A stretch of DNA of 64,000 bases from Phoronis australis (taxonomy: Eukaryota; Animalia; Phoronida): NCBI GenBank assembly GCA_002633005.1, contig NMRA01000861.1, forward strand, positions 5,696 through 69,695. The letters run 5' to 3'. Within the stretch, counting starts at the first letter, position 1. Every line of letters starts with the position of its first letter. Below are positions 55,146-64,000 of this stretch, in pieces. The notes under the pieces were generated by a model. That model had not been told where the DNA came from, did not search any database, and saw only the letters and a list, made by a program, of their open reading frames with translations. The position numbers were made by a program, and so were the translations under genes.

Positions 55146-55790
55146 TTCTTCTCTTTTCACATTGCAAACTTAGCTAGGTGTTAGTTAGAGAGCACTGATT
55201 CAACTTAGCATTTATGAATGCGAGTTGGATTTTAAAAAAGCGGCCTGGGATTTTAGTTTGGTCACAGAATGCCACCTGGCGATTTTCATAGCGTTGAGTC
55301 CTGTCTCCCTTAATAAAGCACTTCTATTAAATATTACTTCTAAGTCTTAGGTTTCCATAAGCATCCAGTTATTTTAAAAAACAAGAGCCCTAGCCCAATT
55401 AAGGTTAAAATTACCCTGAATTTCCCAGATTTCTGTGAAACTGCCAAGAATGTAATTCAGGAGGTTCCTGGAAGTGTATCAACACTGCAGTTTTTGTATG
55501 TCTGACTACTTGAACAACATGGCTTACACACTCGTGATGCACTTAACTCCGCACTCATGAACCTGTAAACTCAGTTCACTGACTCACAAGTACGATCCTA
55601 CACAGTTTACACACCAAAAAAAGCACAGATCCTGGACCACAAATGTGGCACAGACATACAAACATGGCTCATGGACTTTTCAGTAAGTCAGGCAAGTGAT
55701 TCTTAGTGAGCCATGCTCTTTAGGTGCGCAAGTCGTGTTTTACGAAAGCTAGGATGTGTTTGTAAGCCAATGAGTGAGTTGTGTTGTTAA

Positions 55791-56621
55791 AGGAAAATGT
55801 CACCCGATTTAATTAAGTCTTTTTTACCGTCCTAATCGGTTTATATCCACATCGCCTCGCATACAGTCGACCTCAACTTGCTGAGAGGTGTCGTGTTAAC
55901 CTGTGAGGAAGGTGAGAAACGACGCAGCGATGTCAGTGGTTCGTCTGCAGAGTGACTGCCTCTATATTGCAGTGCATCATTCCCGTTTGTTCGAATTATG
56001 AAGCTGCGAAGAAAGTGGGTACATCATGTTTTCGACTTCCTCGAGAGCCCGAAATGCTTAGGAAGTGGCTCGCGGTAGTGAAGAATGAAAGGTACGCTGT
56101 TAATAGCAAGTATGAGGCCGTGAAACATCTCTGTGTCTGTGGCCAGCATTTCGTCGACAGTGATTTCTCTGATGAATTCCGGCTTACCAAAGAACTATCC
56201 ATACGTTCCGTTGCCTGTGCATGTTCATGGCGCCTCTCTACTATTTCTTGATCAGTGTATTCCGGTTCAAACTGATAGCCTGTGAAACCTAACGGTCTGA
56301 CCCGTGAACTCTTTGTCGGATGAGCTAAGTCGGGATTGGCGCCAGACGAGTTGCCATGTAGACGTTTATTATTCTGCGTTCTGTGTCAAAATGAATTATT
56401 CTCATTCTAACCAACGAGTATTTGAAACTGAAACAAATACAATTTGTAATGCCTTTGCAGTATCCGTGAGTGCAAATGTTGAGATGCCAGCATTGAATAA
56501 ACCACTGCGTTACCGGTAATTGACCGGGCACCGAGGCCGTGAGCGCATGCTAATTCAGTGTTGGCCGACAGAAAGCTGTTGTGAAACAATTACACGATTT
56601 TGTATGCTATGGTCACATTTT
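55791..56621 (+). mobile_element. Decayed Kolobok-like element with THAP ORF remnant
   Basis: TTAA|AGGAAAATGTCACC left end; THAP CIIPVCSN...FRLPREPEMLRKWL...VCGQHF..SDF (55970-56170); partial inverted match GGTCACATTTT at 56611-56621. Confidence 0.65.
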
Positions 56622-57032
56622 AGGGGAATCTTTATTTAATACAAACACGGTCTGTGGAAGAACCCGACTTCGTGGCCCCCAACAAGTAAGTAGATTTTCA
56701 GTTTCGTGGCTAATTCACATAAATAATTACGTGTACATTACTTCTTTGGCTCACCATTAGTCTTTTCGTGACTGGAGGTTTAATTTCCAACTCAAGCTGC
56801 TTTATGTTCGTGCCAGTCCCGGAGGCCGAGACGGGCCTGATCGGGTTCAGAGCTACTGGCCGGGATAACGAGTCAGTCTGGCCGCGACGCACCTGATTGC
56901 CCAGGGTTTCGAGCCACTGGCCAGGATAAAAAGCTTTTTGTGGGTTTTGAACTAAGGAAGCCTGTAGGTCAAAGATTGAAAATTTAGAATCATTTAAAAC
57001 CTATGGCTTGTCATGCTGGAAGAAGGGGTTAC

Positions 57033-57142
57033 CATTTTTCTTGGGTCCTCTCCACACAACAGCATCGTCCTTCTGGCTTAGCAGAAACCTGATAGACATT
57101 ATACCAAGAGACTGGTCTTTGTCAGTGTACACAGGCACCCAT
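57033..57142 (-). CDS. NUBP2: NUBP2 coding exon (110 nt): (G)[36 protein letters not shown]
   Basis: cttcag/gtaacc boundaries; VWRGPKKN motif; phases match neighbours. Confidence 0.96.
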
Positions 57143-58062
57143 CTGAAGAAAAGGGAATACAGAATCATCATACAACGGCTTAAAGATTGTGGGTGCAGAT
57201 CTGGGGCTGACATGTGACTATTACGTTGGGACACACATGTACTTCAGTGGCAAATGATTTTCTTTTTGACTCTGTATTTTTAGAGGGAATATGCGTAATT
57301 CACCACATACTCTTGCATTTAAATTTCATTGCATGCTTTGGGGTTATTGATATAAGCACTGCAACAAGCGGTGGTAAAGTCATGTGGACCAGACAGGTTA
57401 CAGGTTACACAACATCGATTGGAACAAAAAAATAAAGTAATGAGAAATTTGAATATTCCATGATAGATTTAAGTTCTAAAGTATGCAGAGTCTAAAATTG
57501 TAGGGAATAAGTTACCACAAATAACCCTCGGTTTTTGAGGAAAATGGTCTGTGTTACCTGATCCCAAAACAAAAGAAGGCAACTACAAAAATCCAGGCTC
57601 TGTGGTAAGTGGCATTCACAGGTGCTGGATGGGGAAAAATGCACTGTAACACCTAATTCTTAAATATATAACTTAAACGGGTATTTAGCCACAGTTTAGA
57701 AGGTAATGTTAAATTCGGCTTTGAGGTTTAAAAACGTTACCACACTTGCCTACCACAAATTGTGACTAAATGAGCTGGCAACAAGAAATGCACACATGGG
57801 CCATTTTCAAAATCCCGATTTTACAGTTGGTCTTATTATACTTGTTGGAAAGTGAAATCAAGTCCTACCATGGTACAGAATATTACAAGATCTATTTGAC
57901 AAGCTTAATTTATGTTTCGTTTTTTGGCAGCCTAACACTGGGAAAAACTGTTTTGAGACTTGTAGTTATCTAAACTGAACTTTGTCTTTGGCGGCATTCA
58001 AATAGTACACACATTCTCGCTTTAAATCTGCTAAGTCTCATTAAAATGGAATAATTTAGCAA

Positions 58063-58172
58063 CTGACAGCCTACTTCCCTAAGACTGACAGCCTACTTCC
58101 CTAAGACTGCCAACCTACTTTGCAAAGACTGACAGCCTACTTCCCTAAGGCTGACAGGGTACTTCCCTAAGG
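58063..58172. repeat. 22-bp minisatellite (ACTGACAGCCTACTTCCCTAAG), 5 copies
   Basis: Direct reading of the tandem units. Confidence 0.93.
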
Positions 58173-58247
58173 ACTAGAACTCTAGACTACATTCAATTAA
58201 AGGATAAATCATTTAAATTTAAAAACCGTGAACAAAGTGAGTCTAAC

Positions 58248-58336
58248 CCTTCCGAACACTGGTGAACATCTTGTCCATCAACTCCCAACATCTTAGGAAT
58301 GCTTGGTCCACACAGATCAACATCTAACAAACCGAC
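58248..58336 (-). CDS. NUBP2: NUBP2 coding exon (89 nt): [29 protein letters not shown](G)
   Basis: ttgcag/gttaga boundaries; [11 protein letters not shown] motif. Confidence 0.97.
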
Positions 58337-58623
58337 CTGCAATGAAATAAATGTGTAATTTCACTTCAGACTACTGACAGCTTTCACTGAAACTTCAATT
58401 TATAGTAACACAGGCAGTACGGTTGCCAATATCAAACATTTTACATACAACTCTTTAACATCGTGAAAGCACTAAAGTGGCACCCACTTGATCCAATTTC
58501 AAAGTCAGGGGGTCATGACAAATGGATTTAACAAAGACAATATATAACCTTCAACCAGGGACATCATTGCCGAAGTCATTAGATCATCCCACAGAACAAT
58601 AACGACAATTACAAAAGAATTTA

Positions 58624-59900
58624 AACAAGAGCAACGCGGAGCATTGAAATGCGCCCATGAATGCACTACAAATGGTGTGCTTTTAGGGTTGTTTATTTGT
58701 ATCATCAAAATGGAAACTAGATGGTCCAAAAACATACAATCCATCCAAAAACAGGAACAAGCCATATTTCAAAAAAACCGGCAAGGAATTTCAGAGAAAC
58801 AAAGGAAAACAGAATAAAATGAAATTGCCACTAGTGGGCACAGTGTCCACTGGATTCGCCTGAAAGTGGTCGTCGTCTGTTGTTATCTTCATATAAATAC
58901 ACTTACTAAATTTAGTAAAGATCCTTCAGTGGGTTCAAGAGATACAACTATGGGCGCAAAACAAAACTACCACTAGGAGGCGCCACAGTAATCAGTCACC
59001 ATCATCAAAGGTCGTCTTCACACTGAGAACATATATGCCAATTTTCAAATGATTTGGTTGATACAGGGATGGACACCAAAAACAAGATTTGAACACAGCA
59101 AAAGTGGCCACAAGGTGGTGCAAAATACCTCGATTCCATCCAAAAACAGGCAGATAGCATCATCACACCAATAGATGCTTATATTTAAAACTTTATGAAA
59201 ATCCGACTTTTGAAGATACAAAGGTAAATTTAAAAAAATAAAATTGCCACTAGGGGCACAGTGGTAGTCGGATCTGTCCAAAAGTTGTCATCGACCGTTG
59301 TTAACATCATGTAAATTTACTTACTAAATTTTGTAAAGATTCTGCGAATGGTTTAGGAGATACAGCCATAGGCGCAAAAAAACAACTGCCAATAGGAGGT
59401 TACACAGTTGTCAAAATCGTAGGAAAATCATCGTAAACCATCCTCTTCATAGTAAGCAAATATATGCCAATTTTCACAATCATCCTGTGAGCGGTTTGGT
59501 TGACAGAGAGGTGGATGCAAAAAAAAACAGACTCGAAAACGGTAAAAATGGCCACTAGGTGGCACAAACTATATCGAATCCATCCAAAAACGGGACGATA
59601 GTGTCATCTCACTAATGGGTGCCCTTTTACCACATTTTATGAAAATCCATTCAGGACTTTTGAAGATACAGAGGTAAATGTAAAAAAATTAACTGCCACT
59701 AGGGGGCACACTGGTAGTCGGATCCGTCCGAAAGTTCGCTCATGCCGTCCCATTCATAAATGGAACATATGTGCCAAATTTCATGAACTTATGTCAAAGG
59801 GTTTTGGAGATAGAGCAGCGAACGCTGGACAACGGACGCCGCCCGGACGGACGGAGATGACCGCATAATGCGTCCATGTATAAATATGTGGGCGCATAAA
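58624..59900 (+). mobile_element. Helentron-associated (DINE-1/HINE-like) non-autonomous element with internal tandem core repeats
   Basis: 5' AACAAGAG; sub-TIR ATGCGCCCA pairing with 3' TGGGCGCAT; ~120-150-bp GCCACTAG-containing subunits; GGAC microsatellite; 3' hairpin then ATAAAAA; A-rich flanks. Confidence 0.8.
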
Positions 59901-60908
59901 AATGCTATGAATTCCAACTACTCTAAATCTCAATTCAAGCCAAGTTCCATTTGGCGACCTGGCAACTCCGTGAAATTCGTCAGAAGTCATGCGAAAGTAA
60001 CATGCTCTACTCGCAGTATCTTACGTGTACCCTCGCAAATTCTCCTGTAAATGTGTGTAAAATCACTGTCTAACTCAAGTCCTCCCTTCCTCCCAACACC
60101 GAACCAACATGCGACACGGACGATTGCATACACTGGTGGTGCGGTGTATTTCACCGCCTTGTACTATTTTTGTTGGACAACTCCGACTTCTGTCTGTTTA
60201 CTTCCAGTCGTAATTTAAGCGTGGGTTTGACATGTGCTGACTGCTTTGGGTGCAAATGCACTGATTTCAGAAAATAAACGAAAGCATTGTGAATCAAAGG
60301 TAATGAATATAGGAAAGCCGTTAAAATGAACTTTGAAACGAACTAAGGGAGAATTAATGTCCGACTTTGATGATCACAGTGGCGACTTCCGATTTTTACC
60401 AGGTCGCCAAACACAACCTCTGGTCACAACTAAAGCGCTGTTTTCCCATGATAGAATTATCTGGCAAAATGGGAAATGTTTGCAAGTAAATTCATTATTA
60501 TAAGGTAAAACTTCTCAGGTTTAGGCCAGTGAAAAATTTTTTATTTTGCTCCAGATTGTAGCTTGAACCACATTTCATGTTGGAAATAAATTCAAGAATT
60601 ATGATAAATGACAAATAATCATTTTTGTGTTATACACTATGATGGAGACACACGGAATGTAGCACTGGCAGCAACTTTTTAAAATTTCATGAACTGCAAA
60701 GTCAATTTTCAGACTGTTGATAGGCAATGCAGTCAATTTTCAGACAAAACTGAGACGATACAATACCCGATATTTGAGAAATATGATGAACAACATGTCT
60801 ACGTCCCAATGTTTAAAATCAGGAAAATTCAATTTCAGATTAATTTTCGGAAAATTCCAAGTTAAAAAGCCTGTTCAAAATGGGAGATTTTTTACCACAG
60901 TATGTTAC

Positions 60909-61030
60909 CTTCTTTCCTACATGTCTCAAGCCTAAAGCCAGCTGGGTAGAGACCGTGCTTTTACCAACGCCGCCTTTACCAGATAGTACTAGTATTATGT
61001 GTTTCACCGACAACAAGTTGTTAATATCAC
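60909..61030 (-). CDS. NUBP2: NUBP2 coding exon (122 nt) with deviant Walker A: [40 protein letters not shown]
   Basis: Polypyrimidine tract + aag acceptor; gtaaca donor; [10 protein letters not shown] motif. NUBP2 rather than NUBP1 is inferred from the VHQCSEGWVPVY and CPHC context. Confidence 0.96.
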
Positions 61031-61459
61031 CTTGAACAACAAAAACAAAAGATAGAGCTTAAATACATTGACGATTATTTACACAGTTTTGGATAAAATT
61101 ATATGATTTCAAAATTGAAATTTTGCTTTTCCAATTTTACTTCATTGTTAGTATGAGGTGTTCAAGGTCATCTAATAATAATTTGAGCCTTAAAGAATTA
61201 CAACAAAAAAACAAATGGAAGTGGTATTTTTCCTAAACTAAAAATTTGTTCCACGTGTCCCTGATAAAACATTTGTAGGTTAAGGTAGAATCCAACGAAT
61301 TCTTAGAATAGTCGGATAGGTGGCTTCATCAATTAAAATTGATTTGAGAACCAGTTACTATCACTGCATAACAAAATTAGTTAACTTATGAAAATATATA
61401 TCTTATGCTTTTAGGCTCCGTGGTAGCTTACTGCCATATTTATAAGCATGTTTCATCAA

Positions 61460-62110
61460 CTGACTACAGCCAGGTCTTACATCTAGAATTCCAATACGCC
61501 GAGCAGAAGCCGGGGGAATCTATTGAGAATTGGGCATGTAGGTTAAATAAGTTATTTTTAAAAGCCTTCCCAAACCCTTCGGAGCAAGAAAAAGAAGATC
61601 TTGTTTTCCGGTTCTCCCTTCGGTTACGAGACAAGGTAGTAGGTACGCAGGTGATGAATTCATCTCCTTCGTCCCTAGCTGAGGCAGAGTCCAAGGCTGC
61701 ATGGTTTGCTATGACCAAGCGATTGATGGCCAATCAAAACTGTCGGTCTGTTTGGTTCGAGGGCTCACCATCGTGTCCAGACGATGCTTCGGTCAACCTG
61801 GTTTCACAGCAGAAAAAGCCTGCCTTAAAGTTTTCTCCACTAGCATCCTCTGACTCAAGCTCTGCGGTTGAGTCTAGGCTACATGCTTTGGAGTCTCAGA
61901 TGGCTAAGGTCAACTCCGAAATATGAGGTCTTAAAGGAGACAACGGGAACTTAAAAGTATGTCCCAGACTATGAGTTCAAATTTTAGGGGCATTACCTCA
62001 GATTTGTCGAGGGTATTAAAGGTACTGGATTCTAATCCCAGGCCATCTAAATCCCCTCCAGTAGTATGTTTTAGAGTGCAGGGCTTGGAATGACCAATGA
62101 CAAAAAACGC
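61460..62110 (+). pseudogene. Ty3/gypsy-type Gag remnant (capsid-like region, coiled coil, degenerate CCHC knuckle)
   Basis: EFQYAEQKPGESIENWACRLNKLFLKAFP...LVFRFSLRLRD...PSSLAEA; coiled coil VESRLHALESQMAKV; PRPSKSPPVVCF(frameshift)EC knuckle relic; stop at 61926. Confidence 0.8.
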
Positions 62111-62154
62111 GGAAACTTTTACGGCCCAAATCATGCCCGATAACTAGCCTTGAA

Positions 62155-63017
62155 ATGATCAATGTGAACCTTTCCTCGACAAAAATCGGGAGGACTAAAA
62201 AAAAAAAGTTACCACCATCAGTAGCAGTCCTCGATTTGGCTATAGATACCCATTTCCATTTGGATCGCTTGTCAGCATCCTGGGCTCAGCCACATCTCTC
62301 TAAGACTAGGATGCTGACGATAGACCAAATGCTCACCGCCCAGCTGCCACGGGCTTCTCAGAAGCCTGTACAGTTGGTCGGTGGGATTGAAGTTTTCTGC
62401 GATGTGGAAAACTGGAAGTAGGTCGAGGCTTCGCGTTTTCCACATGGCTGGAAAGCTGTGATGGGTATCCACCCCAAACAGGTTGGAACAACGAATCCCG
62501 GTGTTCTAGAGCGTCTCCCCCAGCTACAAAAGGAGGCCTTTGTAGGTGAGGTCGGTCTCGATGCCCGGGATGATTTGTCCACCCCAAAAGAAGCTTTGGA
62601 GGAGATGGTGCGGATCTTTCCGGAGGTCCGGGCCAGTTCCTTCAACCTTCACGGTTCTCCCGGCAATCCACGCTTCCAGGAGGGCCAGGACTTTGACCTC
62701 CTGAAGCACCACTGTGGTGCAGACTTGGATTTGCATCTCCATTGTTTTGTAGGTGCGCCTGAGGATGTACTTCGGTGGTTGGGGGACTTCAGAAACTGCC
62801 ATTTCGATTTTGGCGGACATGTAAAGCGGTTTCTAAACTTCCAATAATAAGAGGTTCTGCTGAATCAACTTCTAGAGTCCGATTCACCGCCTCGCCATTG
62901 GGCAAGCCCCAATGGTGCCCCAATACCTGGGCGAAGTGGCTATGGAGGTAGCGCAGCATTCTCGTCGTTCGCTGCGCAACATCCACCAGGAACGCCAGGC
63001 GGCTTTACCAACGCTAA
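62155..63017 (+). pseudogene. Intronless TatD-family nuclease, full domain, disrupted
   Basis: Ordered motifs IDTHFHLD, GIHP, VGEVGLD, LH, LHCF, LLESDSP and NARRLY*. In-frame TAG at 62419, TAATAA at 62845, and two frameshifts near the 3' end. Confidence 0.92.
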
Positions 63018-63068
63018 CAAATTGTTACAGGGGGGTATAGCATCCTGGTGTGCCTGGCTCATAACTTA

Positions 63069-63124
63069 CTAAAGTAGGGGGTGGGCGGTTAACTGAGCAT
63101 GGGCGTTAACCCGAACGATTACGG
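63069..63124. mobile_element. Isolated right end of the GGGCGGTTAA TIR family (see 33900-36410)
   Basis: GGGCGGTTAACTGAGCATGGGCGTTAACCCGAACGATTACGG|TA closely matches 36369-36412. Confidence 0.85.
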
Positions 63125-63581
63125 TATGCCCAACGTTTTCTCCTAGTCGTTTGGGTAATTGCCCGTTATTGTAAATTCTGAGGCTGATTACGGTCTCTGG
63201 GTTTGTGCCCTACCCTTGGTCCTAGGAGAATTGTGGTGTCCTTTTAAGTAGTTATAAGTAATTAAATAGCAAATTGGCCTATTATTTTTATGTAGTAGTG
63301 TTTATTCGTTAAACCTATACATTTGCCATAAGTTATGTTTCCATACTATATGTAGTCTATTTATATTATCCAAGACTATACTTCCTATAGTATTATGTTT
63401 TGGTTGGTGCTACGTAGTTTATTTTTGTTAAGTTTATGTTGTTTAAGTTGTTTTCCATATAGTCTATGTATGTTAAGAAAGACTATATCATTTTTTATAC
63501 AATATTAGCCTCGAATGGCAGATACAGCCATGTAATAACCCACAAAGTTATCTCACTCGCGAGATAACATTTTGGCGGGAA

Positions 63582-63651
63582 ACCGAGGCCGGATTCGAAC
63601 CCGGGCCTCAAGAGTTGCGAGTCGCCGACTTTACCACTATACCACTCAGCG
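63582..63651 (-). mobile_element. tRNA-derived sequence (SINE head or tRNA pseudogene)
   Basis: A box TGGTATAGTGG; B box GGTTCGAATCC; acceptor-like GCTGAG/CTCGGT pairing; anticodon stem does not pair. Confidence 0.7.
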
Positions 63652-64000
63652 GCTGACATCATCGAACGTGAAAATGGAATACTTAAATGAGCACGCGCAA
63701 CAATCGCATGTTTAGCAAAGGGCATTGCACTGACATTTATACACTATGAAAAATGAGACACATAATTTCCATAAAAACAATATAATTTTAATTCCGCGAA
63801 ATTTTTCTCTCGTGTTCTCTCACTTGTAAATCACCGATCTCCAATTTGAATGCGGGTATCGTGTCGTCGGGATCCTTTGACTTGAGCATTACATTCAGTT
63901 ACTAGTGGTTACCTACTTTAGCAGACGATATTTTCCGGGTCGAAGCTTAGCATGATGAAATGTGTAGTGAGCTATAATAGTTGCTAAACCTTAATTTATA

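Noticed and set aside
62155-63017. TatD as a functional host gene, or as bacterial contamination
   Set aside because: It has several stops and frameshifts, sits next to a gag relic, and is contiguous without gaps with a spliced animal gene.
63582-63651. Functional tRNA gene (loop would read CGC)
   Set aside because: The anticodon stem does not pair and the T stem is imperfect; kept only as tRNA-derived.
63835-63889. Candidate NUBP2 first coding exon (MLKSKDPDDTIPAFKLEI, phase 1)
   Set aside because: The phase fits, but the donor G|GTGATT is weak and there is no recognisable homology; the true exon may lie outside the window.

Overview
Repeat-rich, AT-rich animal genomic DNA from a draft assembly with N gaps, probably a marine invertebrate such as a mollusc (inferred from the repeat types). 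One host gene spans most of the window on the minus strand: NUBP2/Cfd1 (cytosolic Fe-S assembly P-loop NTPase). Seven GT-AG coding exons (61030 down to 11758) join in frame; the short first exon was not located. The window opens with a 10-bp satellite and a ~198-bp satellite carrying a solo LTR. The introns, one of them 28.6 kb, are packed with nested mobile elements: a complete but decayed ISL2EU transposon (THAP-DDE gene converging on a SWIM-YqaJ gene), a near full-length LINE broken by four insertions, Kolobok-, Transib-, Harbinger-, hAT- and Tc1/mariner-like non-autonomous elements, an Academ-like relic and Helentron/DINE-1-like elements. The most unusual feature is at 61.4-63.1 kb: a decayed retrotransposon gag followed directly by a complete intronless TatD nuclease where pol would normally lie, then a polypurine-tract-like run. 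This suggests a gag+TatD LTR-type element. All calls were made by eye, without database searches.
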